From contig JBBPYY010000112.1 of assembly GCA_038199445.1 (NCBI GenBank), positions 1 to 55,013 on the forward strand: 55,013 bases of DNA, written 5' to 3'. The position numbers and the translations under genes are program-made. The notes beneath the pieces were generated by a model. The model saw nothing but the letters and a program-made list of their open reading frames with translations. It had not been told where the DNA came from and ran no database searches. Of this stretch, positions 15,812 to 25,706 are shown in pieces (positions within the stretch are counted from its first letter, which is position 1; every line of letters begins with the position of its first letter). The stretch is from Terriglobales bacterium. Lineage in GTDB: Bacteria > Acidobacteriota > Terriglobia > Terriglobales > Acidobacteriaceae.

Positions 15812-16693
15812 TTAGAGCACAGTGCGCACAAAGTGGCCGTGTTCGACTTCGCGCAGCGTCGTTGCCGCATGGCTGCTCTCGACGCCGACGGTCGCGAGTG
15901 GGCGATCACGCGGCGTGGTTAGAGTTGGGACGGCTCCTAGCAGGCTGCGCGTGTATGCATGCTGTGGCCGAACGAAGATCTGATCGCGGGTGCCTGATTC
16001 GAGAAGCTGGCCGTGACGCATGACTGCGACGCGCTGGGCAACCTCGCCGACGACAGCGAGATCGTGAGAAATGAAGAGCATCGCTAGCTTGTATCGTTCG
16101 CGGAGTGCAGCGAGCAAAGCGAGGACCTGTGCCTGTACGATCACGTCGAGCGCAGTCGTCGGTTCGTCGGCGATCAGCAGGCGTGGACGGTTCACCAGGG
16201 CCATCGCGATCATGAGGCGTTGACGCTGGCCACCGGAGAACTGGTGCGGATAATCGCGCGCCCGGGCTACCGGCAAAGCCACCGCATCGAGCACCTCGGC
16301 AACACGCTCCTTGATTTCGCTGCGCGAAATATCACGATGGTGAGTGGTGAGCGCTTCGGCGATTTGTTTCCCCACGCGCATCACCGGATTGAGAGCGGTC
16401 ATCGGTTCCTGAAAAATCATGGCGATGTCGCGACCGCGGTGCTGGCGCATGGCGTTTTGGGGGAGCGTGAGCAATTCTGCGCCGTCGAAATAAATCTGTC
16501 CGTCAATGCGCGCGGCGTCTCCAAGCAGGCGAAGAATGGCGAGAGAAGTGACCGACTTGCCGGAACCGGATTCGCCGACCAGGCCGAAAACTTCTCCCTC
16601 ACCAATGAAGAAGCTGACGTCGCGGACGACAGGCTGTTCGCCGGAGTCGTTGCGGAACGCGATGTTGAGATTGCGGACGGAGAGCAGCGGCAC
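15812..16693 (-). CDS. ABC transporter ATP-binding protein, DppD/OppD-like
   Basis: Walker A GESGSGKS, signature FSGGQRQR, Walker B LLIADEPT. No permease or binding-protein gene is adjacent. Confidence 0.85.
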   Translation of the reverse strand: MPLLSVRNLNIAFRNDSGEQPVVRDVSFFIGEGEVFGLVGESGSGKSVTSLAILRLLGDAARIDGQIYFDGAELLTLPQNAMRQHRGRDIAMIFQEPMTALNPVMRVGKQIAEALTTHHRDISRSEIKERVAEVLDAVALPVARARDYPHQFSGGQRQRLMIAMALVNRPRLLIADEPTTALDVIVQAQVLALLAALRERYKLAMLFISHDLAVVGEVAQRVAVMRHGQLLESGTRDQIFVRPQHAYTRSLLGAVPTLTTPRDRPLATVGVESSHAATTLREVEHGHFVRTVL

Positions 16694-16764
16694 GAGTGTG
16701 ATGCTAACGCAGGCGCGACGATTGCAGGCGACTCAGGTCCGGCAACAACATAAGCAGTTACACT

Positions 16765-17472
16765 GTGCCGCAGATGAAGCGAGTGATTGAAGAGGAGTTG
16801 CTGGATAGCGACCTGGGGAGCCAGGAGGAGATTGCTGCTTCGCTTCAGTCGATTCGGCGCGTGAACCGATGGTTTGGCGGGGACCGAAATCACACGCTGC
16901 TGCTGCTAGGGGTGGCAGATCGGATGCGAGCGCGGGAGATGCACATTTGTGAGGTTGCATCAGGCCGGGCCGATGTGTTGCAGGCCGCGGCAAAAGCGCT
17001 GATGCCTCGAGGAACGAAGTTGAAGATAACGTTGCTCGACCGCAGCCGGCAACATCTGCCGCGCGCCGGGGAGTGGGATGCGTCCCTCCCCGCTCCGGAC
17101 GTAATCGAGGGCGATGCGCTCGAAATCCCGCGGGCCAGCGAGAGTGTCGATGTCGTTTCATGCTGTCTATTTCTGCACCATCTGGACGAGCGGCAGGCTG
17201 CGCGGTTTCTGAGTGAAGCGCTGCGCGTCGCTAGAGTCGCTGTGATCGTGAACGATCTCGAGCGCAGGCGAGCGAGCTATTTACTGGCGCGCCTGTACGC
17301 GCTGTTTGATTCCAGCCGGCTCTCGCGTTACGACGGCCCGGTTTCGGTGCGCTGCGCGTACACGCACGCAGAGTTTAAACGATTGATCGAAAAAACCGGA
17401 TGCGAGTTCGAGTTGAAGCGCAGGTTTCTGTTTCGACTGGGTGTGATGGTTTGGAAGCGGCGGGGTACGTGA
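16765..17472 (+). CDS. Class I SAM-dependent methyltransferase (putative)
   Basis: N-terminal EEELLDS...RVNRWFGG pattern and a motif-I-like ICEVASGRADV. Length and layout are typical of small methyltransferases. Confidence 0.55.
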   Translation: MPQMKRVIEEELLDSDLGSQEEIAASLQSIRRVNRWFGGDRNHTLLLLGVADRMRAREMHICEVASGRADVLQAAAKALMPRGTKLKITLLDRSRQHLPRAGEWDASLPAPDVIEGDALEIPRASESVDVVSCCLFLHHLDERQAARFLSEALRVARVAVIVNDLERRRASYLLARLYALFDSSRLSRYDGPVSVRCAYTHAEFKRLIEKTGCEFELKRRFLFRLGVMVWKRRGT

Positions 17473-17474
17473 TC

Positions 17475-17550
<76 letters not shown>

Positions 17551-17602
17551 TGCCTATTGATCTTGCTGAGTTTCTGTGGACAGCCCGGTAGGCTGAACTG
17601 CG

Positions 17603-17620
17603 CTGTACAGCCTGTACAGC
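17603..17620. repeat. Tandem duplication of the 9-mer CTGTACAGC (each copy contains the palindrome CTGTACAG)
   Basis: CTGTACAGC at 17603-17611 and 17612-17620, about 55-70 nt upstream of the tRNA-Met 5' end. Confidence 0.8.
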
Positions 17621-17732
17621 TGCACATCTCATAGTCTGCCACAGAGGCTCCCCTGTTAACGGCGTGTAACGCGAGGCGCGTGAGCGCGACGCGCAGAAAC
17701 AGTTACACTGCGAAAAGGAATCTGGAGATCAC

Positions 17733-19700
17733 GTGACCATTTCTTTTCGCCCCGGCGCGAAGCACGCGCTGCTTACCTTTTTCTTTGCTTTCACGTGGGC
17801 TGCAAACGCGCAGGGTTCGGCTGGACCTCAGCCGGTCGCGCTCCCGCCCCCGATAGTTGCGCCGGCTGACACCGCTTATCCGGGGACGATCGGTTTGCAG
17901 GTCGATCTGACGGACACGAACCGCCACATCTTCAGCGTTCACGAGACGGTCCCTGTTGCGGCGGGAGCGCTCACGCTGCTGTATCCGAAATGGATCCCGG
18001 GCAATCACTCGCCGACAGGACCGATCTCAAAATTCGGTGGTCTGACAGTGACGGCGGCCGGCAAGCGCATCCAGTGGATTCGCGATCGGGTGGATGTGTA
18101 CGCATTCCATGTGGATGTGCCGCCGGGCGTGAAAACGATCGACATTGACTTTCAATTTCTTTCTCCCGTGCGTCCCGCGGAGGGGCGCATCTCGATGTCT
18201 TCTGAGATTGCAGACCTCGCTTGGAATACGGTTGTCCTGTATCCAGCGGGCTATTTTGCCCGCCGCATCAATCTTGCCCCGAGCGTGAAGTTGCCGGAGG
18301 GCTGGAAGTTTGCCTCCGCGTTGGATGTGCGTTCGCAAAAGGGCAGCGTCATTCACTTCAAAGACACGACCTTGGACACGCTGGTTGACTCCCCGGTGTA
18401 TGCGGGCAGCAACTTCAGGCGCATCGACCTGTCGCCGGATGCGAGCAATCATGTGTACCTGGATGCCTTCGCGGATGCACCCGAGAACCTTGCGATCACG
18501 CCGGAAGAGATAAGGTTGCATCGCAACCTGGTGCGAGAAGCGGCGAAACTCTACGGGTCGCGCCATTACGATCACTACGATTTCTTGTTCTTGTTGAGCG
18601 ACAAGGTGGGCGGCATCGGGCTCGAGCATCACCAGTCCAGCGAAGATGGCGCGCGCGCGCATTACCTTACCGACTGGGACGCGGGTATCCCGGGGCGCGA
18701 TCTACTCGCGCATGAGTACACGCATTCATGGGATGGTAAATTCCGTCGACCGGCAGACTTGTGGACAGCAAATTTCAATGTGCCGATGCAGGATGATCTA
18801 CTCTGGGTCTACGAGGGAATGACGCATTACTATGGCTATGTGTTGACGGCGCGCGCCGGGCTGCGCACCGCAGCGCAAACGCGAGACCTGATTGCCGCGG
18901 TCGCGGCTAATTTTGATGCGAGCCCTGGCCGCACGTGGCGGCCGATGATCGACACGACGAATCAGCCAACCATGTCACAGCGATCGCCGGTCAGTTGGGT
19001 AAGCTGGCAGCGACCCGAAGACTATTACACCGAGGGCATGCTGATCTGGCTTGATGCTGATACGAAGATTCGCGAATTGAGCGGCGACAAGAAGTCGCTG
19101 GATGATTTCGCAAAACTTTTCTATGGAATCGACAACGGCAGTTACATCACGCGCACTTACACTTTCGACGATGTGGTCGCGGCGCTGAATACGGTTCAGC
19201 CCTATGACTGGGCCGCGTTCCTGCATACGCGGGTCGACGAACTCGCTCCGCAGACACCGAAGGATGGTCTGTCGCGCGGAGGGTATCGGCTGACCTATTC
19301 AGATACTCCGCCTGACTGGTTGAAGCATGTGGAAGCGTCTGCGCCGCCGGCGACGCAGACGATCAACTTCTCCACGTCTCTCGGCTTCACGGTTGGGAAC
19401 GATGGCGCCTTCGGAGAAATCTGGTGGGACAGTCCCGCCTTTAAGGCAGGGCTCACCGGCGATATGCATCTGATTTCAGTGGATGGCACGGCCTACACGC
19501 CGGCTGCATTGCGTGCAGCGATCATCGCGGCGGAAAATACCAAAACGACGCTGCAATTGCTGGTCAAGCGCGGAGATCAGTTTAAGAACATCGAGCTGGA
19601 GTATCACGGCGGCTTGCGCTATCCACAACTCGAGCGCGTGGACGGCACGAGAGCCCGTCTCGATGAGATATTGAAGCCGCAGATCGATCCGCCCCAGTGA
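17733..19700 (+). CDS. Secreted M61 family metallopeptidase (glycyl aminopeptidase-like) with a C-terminal PDZ-like region
   Basis: GTG start, signal peptide LLTFFFAFTWAANAQG, and the zinc motif HEYTHSW with downstream YEGMTHYY. Confidence 0.8.
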   Translation: MTISFRPGAKHALLTFFFAFTWAANAQGSAGPQPVALPPPIVAPADTAYPGTIGLQVDLTDTNRHIFSVHETVPVAAGALTLLYPKWIPGNHSPTGPISKFGGLTVTAAGKRIQWIRDRVDVYAFHVDVPPGVKTIDIDFQFLSPVRPAEGRISMSSEIADLAWNTVVLYPAGYFARRINLAPSVKLPEGWKFASALDVRSQKGSVIHFKDTTLDTLVDSPVYAGSNFRRIDLSPDASNHVYLDAFADAPENLAITPEEIRLHRNLVREAAKLYGSRHYDHYDFLFLLSDKVGGIGLEHHQSSEDGARAHYLTDWDAGIPGRDLLAHEYTHSWDGKFRRPADLWTANFNVPMQDDLLWVYEGMTHYYGYVLTARAGLRTAAQTRDLIAAVAANFDASPGRTWRPMIDTTNQPTMSQRSPVSWVSWQRPEDYYTEGMLIWLDADTKIRELSGDKKSLDDFAKLFYGIDNGSYITRTYTFDDVVAALNTVQPYDWAAFLHTRVDELAPQTPKDGLSRGGYRLTYSDTPPDWLKHVEASAPPATQTINFSTSLGFTVGNDGAFGEIWWDSPAFKAGLTGDMHLISVDGTAYTPAALRAAIIAAENTKTTLQLLVKRGDQFKNIELEYHGGLRYPQLERVDGTRARLDEILKPQIDPPQ

Positions 19701-19724
19701 ACGCTGCGGCTGGTCGACTGCCTG

Positions 19725-19755
19725 CGAGCGTGCTGTAACGTGCTCGTGGTTTTTT
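19725..19755 (+). terminator. Rho-independent terminator after the M61 peptidase gene
   Basis: CGAGCGTG / CGTGCTCG stem (8 bp including 2 G:U pairs), followed by TGGTTTTTT. Confidence 0.55.
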
Positions 19756-19878
19756 CGCCAGGCGGAGCCGCCGCATCGGCATGCTGCCTTATGATGAAAT
19801 TGTCTCCATCCCAAATAGGTCGACAGGCCTGGCGTATGGGAACGTACGGCCTCGAAACCAGCTCTGCCGGAGCGTGCT

Positions 19879-20172
19879 ATGGACATCGCTGAGTGGCGTC
19901 GAAAGATCGATCAACTGGACCGCGACATCGTTGCCCTCATCAGCGAACGTGCCAGGGCGGCGCAGGCTATCGGCGTGCTGAAGCGCACGACCGACCTGCC
20001 GGTATACGAGCCTGATCGCGAGCACAAAATCTTTGCCAACGTACGCGCGGCCAACCAGGGGCCTCTCCCCGATATCGAGTTGACGCATATCTACGAGCGC
20101 ATCATCGATGTTATGCGGGCGTTGCAACGAAACGAATTGGCATCTGGAAAACAGAAGGCGGATCAAAAATGA
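19879..20172 (+). CDS. Chorismate mutase (AroQ class, monofunctional)
   Basis: [29 protein letters not shown]...[11 protein letters not shown] is the AroQ helical signature. Confidence 0.85.
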   Translation: MDIAEWRRKIDQLDRDIVALISERARAAQAIGVLKRTTDLPVYEPDREHKIFANVRAANQGPLPDIELTHIYERIIDVMRALQRNELASGKQKADQK

Positions 20173-21188
20173 TTGTCGCGATGCAAGAGAGGGCGACAGA
20201 CGCGCAGATCGAAACGGTTGTCTCGCGCATGGTGGACCTGGGTTTCAACGTGCACCGGACCACGGGCACGACCCAGACAATTCTCGCGGGCGTCGGAACG
20301 CCCGACCATTTTGACGTGCATATATTCGAAGTGCTTGAGGGCGTGCATGAGGCGCATCGTATCTCTTCGCCGTACAAGCTTGCGGGACGCGGTTTTCGTC
20401 CTGAAGGGACTGTCGTTGAATTTGCGAACGGCGTAAGAGTTGGCGGGGATCAGATTGTCGTGATGGCCGGGCCCTGCTCGGTCGAATCGCGGGAGCAGAT
20501 TTTGAAAAGCGCGGAACAGGTCGCCACAGCAGGGGCGCAGTTCCTGCGCGGCGGCGCCTTCAAACCGCGCAGTTCGCCGTATTCCTTTCAGGGGATGGGC
20601 CTCGACGGCTTGAAATTGTTGCGCGAGGTCGGCGACCAGACTGGCCTGTTGGTCATCAGCGAAGTCATGGAAATTTCTCAGATTGAGCTGATGTTGCCCT
20701 ATGTAGATATTTTGCAGATCGGCGCGCGCAACATGCAGAACTTCAATTTACTGCGGGAGGTCGGTCTGGTGCGCAAGCCGGTCCTGCTGAAGCGCGGGAT
20801 TGCTGCGACCATCGAAGAATTACTGCTCTCGGCAGAATATATTCTCGCCGGCGGCAATTACGATGTGATGCTTTGCGAGCGTGGCATCCGCACCTTCGAG
20901 ACCTCGACGCGAAATACAATGGATATTTCTGCTATCCCTGTTGTCAAACAGCTATCGCATCTTCCCATCATCGCGGACCCGTCGCACGGTACCGGGCGGC
21001 GTGACAAGGTCGCAGCGATGGCACGGGCCTCCGTGGCCGCGGGGTGCGATGGCTTGTTGATAGAAATGCATCCGAACCCGGATAAGGCAATGTCTGACGG
21101 AGCGCAGTCTCTCTTCCCCGATCAGTTTGCGAAGCTCATGGATGATTTGCGAATCATTGCGCCCGCCGTTGGCAGGCGCATCGCGTAA
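20169..21188 (+). CDS. 3-deoxy-7-phosphoheptulonate (DAHP) synthase, type I-beta, with an N-terminal ferredoxin-like regulatory domain
   Basis: The catalytic core carries [27 protein letters not shown] and ADPSH. The roughly 70-aa N-terminal domain resembles the Thermotoga-type regulatory domain. The start overlaps the chorismate mutase stop (ATGA). Confidence 0.9.
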   Translation: MIVAMQERATDAQIETVVSRMVDLGFNVHRTTGTTQTILAGVGTPDHFDVHIFEVLEGVHEAHRISSPYKLAGRGFRPEGTVVEFANGVRVGGDQIVVMAGPCSVESREQILKSAEQVATAGAQFLRGGAFKPRSSPYSFQGMGLDGLKLLREVGDQTGLLVISEVMEISQIELMLPYVDILQIGARNMQNFNLLREVGLVRKPVLLKRGIAATIEELLLSAEYILAGGNYDVMLCERGIRTFETSTRNTMDISAIPVVKQLSHLPIIADPSHGTGRRDKVAAMARASVAAGCDGLLIEMHPNPDKAMSDGAQSLFPDQFAKLMDDLRIIAPAVGRRIA

Positions 21189-21191
21189 CGA

Positions 21192-22052
21192 ATGCCTATC
21201 TCACGCCTCCTGATCGTCGGGACGGGCCTCATCGGTGCATCGCTGGGACGCGCGTTGCGCGACGATGGATTTCCCGGAGAAATTGTTGGTTGGGATCAGA
21301 GCCCGCTCGAGCTGAATCTGGCGCTTGAGAATGGCAGCATTCTCCGCGCCGCTAATGATCCTGTTGCGGCCGCGCGCGAGGCAGATGTGGTGCTGCTCGC
21401 AGTACCGGTCCTCGCGATTCTCGACTGGATGCGCAAGCTCGCCCCTGTGATGCGGTCCGGCCAACTGCTGACGGATACGGGCAGCACGAAGCTTGAGATT
21501 GTGAAGCTTGCCAGAACATTGTTCGGGGACGCGGAGCATGCTTATTTCTTGCCCGGACACCCGATGGCAGGGAAAGAAGTCCACGGCGCGGAGCATGCGG
21601 ATGCCGCACTTTACCGCGATGCGGTCTGGCTGTTCACTCCGATCGATGAGCTTGAATTCGAACCAGCGATTGCAACAGAATGGCGCGCGCTGGTGCGGAA
21701 GATGGGAGCGCGCATCCGTGATATGGAGCCCGCGCGGCATGACGTCGTGTGCGCGTGGATAAGTCACTTGCCACAGATGCTATCGACAGCGCTCTCAGCG
21801 ATGCTGGAAGACGAGTTTGGCGATGCGGCTGAGCTAGGCGGCATAGGCGGGCGAGCGCTGCGCGAAATGACACGACTCGGGGCAAGCCCGTTTTCGATGT
21901 GGGGGGACGTCGCCCACACCAACGCGGAGCCGATTGCCGCAACATTGCTGGCGTTGGAACAACGGCTGCAGAGAATGCGGGAACACCTGAAGAACCCACA
22001 ATTGCGTGAAGAATTTGAGAAGGCGAATCTGTTCCGCACGCGCCTGCACTGA
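21192..22052 (+). CDS. tyrA: Prephenate dehydrogenase
   Basis: Rossmann motif IVGTGLIGASLGRAL, plus GSTK and HPMAG motifs. Confidence 0.85.
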   Translation: MPISRLLIVGTGLIGASLGRALRDDGFPGEIVGWDQSPLELNLALENGSILRAANDPVAAAREADVVLLAVPVLAILDWMRKLAPVMRSGQLLTDTGSTKLEIVKLARTLFGDAEHAYFLPGHPMAGKEVHGAEHADAALYRDAVWLFTPIDELEFEPAIATEWRALVRKMGARIRDMEPARHDVVCAWISHLPQMLSTALSAMLEDEFGDAAELGGIGGRALREMTRLGASPFSMWGDVAHTNAEPIAATLLALEQRLQRMREHLKNPQLREEFEKANLFRTRLH

Positions 22053-22148
22053 TCGTTCGTGTAACCGAGCTATGTCTTGCGAGTACCACGCCACCTCATG
22101 CGTTGTACTTCGCGCCCAGCACGCTTTCCGCAGCATCCCAACAAATGC

Positions 22149-24221
22149 TTACCAGATGCGGCAAGCGTGTTCGCTGACCATAGCCTGATTCTTTTTACAC
22201 GCAAAGGCTTTTCCGAATTCTGGCAGGTCGACGAGGATGCCGTTGGTACGGTACTCGTCTGGAGCATGCGGGTCGGTCTGGACGCGCGTTCGCAGATCTT
22301 CCGGGCGCGTCTGCGTGCACCACTGCTGCGCGTACGCGATAAAGAAGCGCTGTTCCGGCGTGTAGTTGTCGCTCTTCTTGTCGAAGGCGAGGCTTTCGGC
22401 TTTCGCCTTGTCCTGCCACGCTAGGTAGGCGAGCCACAGTCCGCCGAGGTCGGCGATGTTCTCGCCGAGTGTCAGCTTGCCGTTCACGTGGACGTCGTCG
22501 ACGGGCACGAAGGCGTCAAATTGCTTGACCATGCAATCGGTGCGTTCCGTGAATTTCGCTCCGTCTTCCTTTGTCCACCACTCCTTTAGATTTCCCTGCG
22601 CGTCGAACTGGCGGCCTTCGTCGTCGAAACCGTGCGTCAGCTCATGGCCGATCGTGGAACCCATGTCGCCGTAGTTGGCAGCGTCGTCTTCTTTCTGACT
22701 GTAAAACGGTGGCTGCAGATAGCCGGCGGGGAAGTTCACGTCATTCAATTGCGGGCTGTAGTACGCGTTGACGGTGGGCGGCGTCATGCCCCACTCCGCG
22801 CGATCGACGGGCTTGCCGATCTTTGCCGCTTCGCGATCGTTCTCAAAACTGTGCGCGCGAAACTGATTGCCGAGCGCATCTCCGCGGATGATGTTGAGCT
22901 TGGAGTAGTCACGCCACGTGTCGGGATAGCCGACTTTGTTGGCCACGGTGTGCAGTTTTTCTTTCGCGTATTTCTTGGTCTCGGGGCTCATCCAGTCGAG
23001 CGAGTCGATATCTTTACCCATCGAGACCTCGATCCGCTGCGTCATTTCGAGCGTGCGCTGTTTGTTTTCAGGCGGAAATGTTTTAGCAATATAGACCTGC
23101 CCCAGCGCTTCTCCCACTTCATCATCGACTCGCTCCGTACAGCGCTTCCAGCGGGCCTTCTGCACTTCCTGGCCACGAAGGATGTGGTTATAGAAGTTGA
23201 AGTTTTCCTGGTCGAATGCCTCCGGGGAACTGGTGCCTGCGAAGCTGTTGACGAGATGCCAGCGAAGGTACGTGCGGATTGCGGCGAGGTCGGTATCGGC
23301 GATGACCGCCTGAAATTCGGTAAAGAATTTCGGCTGCGTATCCATGACTTTGACCAGCGTGGGGGCGTTGACCTCTTTGATGTAGGTGGCGAAGTCGAAG
23401 TCCGGCACGGTCTGCGCAAAGGCTGCGGAGGTCATGGGATGGTTGAGGTTCTGAGGATCGCGTTGCTCGACCCGCGTCAGACTGGCCTTTGCCAGGCGCG
23501 TCTCGAGCGCAAGAACAGACTCAGCATCCTTCGCGGCCTGCTCCGGCTTTTCGCCGAGCAGCTTGAACATGTTGGTGATGTGTTGCATGTATTGCTGGCG
23601 TTGCTGGACGCTCTTTACATCTGTACGGGTGTAGTAATCGCGATCAGGCAAGCCGATACCACCGGCGCCGAAGAAGCCAATGACAGATGTGGCGTCCGAG
23701 AAATCCTGGTCAGAGCCTTCGCGGAAAAACGCTCCAACGCCGTTGCGATGCAAGTGTGCGAGCAGAGCGGGCAACTGCTTTTTGTCCTTGAGGCCGTCGA
23801 TGCGGTCAAGCTCGGTTTGAAGGGGCGCCATTCCTTTGGCGTTGATCGCGGCGGTGTCCATGCAGGTAGCGTATTCGTCGCCGATCTTCTGCTCATTCGG
23901 GGAGCGCGAAGGGCTGGGCGCAGCAGCATTCTCGAGAAGCGATCGCAGGACGGCGCGGTTGATTTCTGTCAGCTCAGTGAAACGGCCATAGGAGACCTGA
24001 TCCTTGGGCAGCGGATTTTTCGCAAACCATCCATTGCAGGAATACTTGTAGAAGTTTTCGCAGGGGTCAACCTTGGTGTCGACGAACGAGGGATCGAAAA
24101 CTTTCAAGGTGTTCTGCAGAACAGGAGCGGAGGCTGAGGCGGCGGACTGGGCTAAAAGCGCGGGACACGAAAGAGTGAGAGCCACAGCGACAAGCGGGCG
24201 AAGACGCATGTCCGCAAGCAT
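22149..24221 (-). CDS. Secreted M13 family metallopeptidase (PepO/endothelin-converting-enzyme-like)
   Basis: Signal peptide, then HELTHGFD and ENIADLGG zinc and catalytic motifs. Confidence 0.9.
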   Translation of the reverse strand: MLADMRLRPLVAVALTLSCPALLAQSAASASAPVLQNTLKVFDPSFVDTKVDPCENFYKYSCNGWFAKNPLPKDQVSYGRFTELTEINRAVLRSLLENAAAPSPSRSPNEQKIGDEYATCMDTAAINAKGMAPLQTELDRIDGLKDKKQLPALLAHLHRNGVGAFFREGSDQDFSDATSVIGFFGAGGIGLPDRDYYTRTDVKSVQQRQQYMQHITNMFKLLGEKPEQAAKDAESVLALETRLAKASLTRVEQRDPQNLNHPMTSAAFAQTVPDFDFATYIKEVNAPTLVKVMDTQPKFFTEFQAVIADTDLAAIRTYLRWHLVNSFAGTSSPEAFDQENFNFYNHILRGQEVQKARWKRCTERVDDEVGEALGQVYIAKTFPPENKQRTLEMTQRIEVSMGKDIDSLDWMSPETKKYAKEKLHTVANKVGYPDTWRDYSKLNIIRGDALGNQFRAHSFENDREAAKIGKPVDRAEWGMTPPTVNAYYSPQLNDVNFPAGYLQPPFYSQKEDDAANYGDMGSTIGHELTHGFDDEGRQFDAQGNLKEWWTKEDGAKFTERTDCMVKQFDAFVPVDDVHVNGKLTLGENIADLGGLWLAYLAWQDKAKAESLAFDKKSDNYTPEQRFFIAYAQQWCTQTRPEDLRTRVQTDPHAPDEYRTNGILVDLPEFGKAFACKKNQAMVSEHACRIW

Positions 24222-24277
24222 ACCGTGCGAGACGGTACACTGACAGCTAAGCCAATCATTTATCAGGAGAGTGTAAG

Positions 24278-24691
24278 TTGCAGCATACGTTCAGCATTGT
24301 CAAACCGGATGCGGTAAGGAACAACCAGACGGGCGGAGTGCTCGCGATGATCGACAAGGCGGGATTCAAGATAATCGCAATTAAAAAGATGTCGTTGAGC
24401 CGGGAGCAGGCGGCTGGATTTTACGCGGTGCACGCGGCCCGGCCGTTCTTTGAGTCGTTGATCGAGTTCATGTCGGATGGGCCGATTGTTGCGATGGTGC
24501 TGCAGAAGGACAATGCGATAGCCGATCTGCGCAAGCTGATGGGCGCGACGAATCCGGCGAGTGCGGAAGAGGGCACGATACGCAAGCATTTTGCGACTTC
24601 GATTGAAGAAAACGCGATCCATGGATCGGATGCGGAAGAAACGGCGAAGTTTGAGATCTCGTATTTCTTCGCGGGGCTTGAGCTGATTTAG
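24278..24691 (+). CDS. ndk: Nucleoside-diphosphate kinase
   Basis: [10 protein letters not shown]...NAIHGSD motifs. Confidence 0.95.
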   Translation: MQHTFSIVKPDAVRNNQTGGVLAMIDKAGFKIIAIKKMSLSREQAAGFYAVHAARPFFESLIEFMSDGPIVAMVLQKDNAIADLRKLMGATNPASAEEGTIRKHFATSIEENAIHGSDAEETAKFEISYFFAGLELI

Positions 24692-24707
24692 GTTTGCAGG
24701 CAAGAAA

Positions 24708-24745
24708 AGCCGCGGCGACGACCGCGGGCTTGTTGCTTGTTCTGG
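24708..24745 (+). terminator. Probable terminator after ndk
   Basis: GCCGCGG / CCGCGGGC stem with one bulge, followed by TTGTTGCTTGTTCT. Confidence 0.45.
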
Positions 24746-24830
24746 CGCTAGAAGGAGCGTCTCCGCTATGGGTGCGGCATTGATTTTGGTCGGGTATAGT
24801 TGCCGATGCCGTATCACGAGGAGAAACGCA

Positions 24831-25373
24831 ATGAAGCAATGGCAAAAGTTATTTGTAACTGGCGTGGTTACAATGGGTGCGATGGCCGCGCAGGCGTATG
24901 GCAGCGCGCAGGAAACTCCGGTCGTGGTAACGATGAAGACTGGTGACGGCAAGGATGCCGGAACGGTGACCCTCAAGCAGAAGAAGAGGGGCGGGGTGAA
25001 GGTGACGGCCAACTTAAAGAACCTGCCGATCGGCGATCACGCGATCCATGTGCATGGGGTCGCGAAGTGCGATGGTCCCGATTTCAAAACGGCTGGCCCG
25101 CATTTCAATCCTGACAACAAGAAGCATGGCTTGAAAAGTCCCGAAGGACCCCACGCGGGGGACTTGCCGCTGAATCTGACGGTCGGCCCGGATGGCACGG
25201 TGAACTCGAGCTTCGTCGCAACGGGGATTACGCTGGATGCCGGAGCGCCGAATTCCGTGTTCGCGAACGGCGGCACTTCGATTGTGGTGCATGAGAAGGC
25301 GGATGACATGATGACCGACCCGGCAGGCGCTGCGGGGAATCGGATTGCTTGCGGTGTGATTACGCAGCCTTAG
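24831..25373 (+). CDS. sodC: Periplasmic Cu/Zn superoxide dismutase
   Basis: ATG 24831 preceded by GAGGAG. Signal peptide, then HVHGVAKCD and VVHEKADD metal-ligand regions. Confidence 0.9.
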   Translation: MKQWQKLFVTGVVTMGAMAAQAYGSAQETPVVVTMKTGDGKDAGTVTLKQKKRGGVKVTANLKNLPIGDHAIHVHGVAKCDGPDFKTAGPHFNPDNKKHGLKSPEGPHAGDLPLNLTVGPDGTVNSSFVATGITLDAGAPNSVFANGGTSIVVHEKADDMMTDPAGAAGNRIACGVITQP

Positions 25374-25407
25374 CGGCACTGAAATAAAGCATTCAAGGAG
25401 GATCTTG

Positions 25408-25656
25408 ATGGGCGCAGCATTCTGGGTTCGCCGCTTTCTGTTGGTCTTCGCGGGCGCGTTTGTCGTCATTGCTGGCGCGCAGGCTTTGAAGGGTCATCCG
25501 ATCGCGTATTCGACAACCCAGGGACTCTGGTGGGCAACAGGAGCGGCCACGATCTTTACCGTTTCTCGTATCTACCAGGCCCGCCGAGGCCTGCATTGCG
25601 CGATCTGCAAAGACACACCTCAGATGCAGAGCGGCCCCAACAATCCCTCGGCTTGA
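25408..25656 (+). CDS. Small membrane protein (2 TM helices), unknown function
   Basis: AAGGAGGA lies 8 nt upstream of the ATG. Hydrophobic segments FLLVFAGAFVVIAGA and LWWATGAATIFTV. A C-x2-C pair lies near the C-terminus. Confidence 0.55.
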   Translation: MGAAFWVRRFLLVFAGAFVVIAGAQALKGHPIAYSTTQGLWWATGAATIFTVSRIYQARRGLHCAICKDTPQMQSGPNNPSA

Positions 25657-25678
25657 GCGTGCATTCGGCGAAGCCACA

Positions 25679-25703
25679 CCCCGAGCCACGGCGACAGTCG
25701 GGG
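25679..25703. terminator. Hairpin between convergent genes (possibly a bidirectional terminator)
   Basis: CCCCGA (25679-25684) and TCGGGG (25698-25703), followed by CTTCTACTTT on the plus strand. Confidence 0.35.
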
Positions 25704-25706
25704 CTT

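Noticed and set aside
22632-24137. A 501-aa ORF on the plus strand, antisense to the M13 peptidase gene
   Set aside because: The translation is Arg/Gly/Val rich with no motif. It lies entirely within, and mirrors, a gene with clear HExxH and ENxADxGG motifs. This is a typical long antisense ORF in high-GC DNA.
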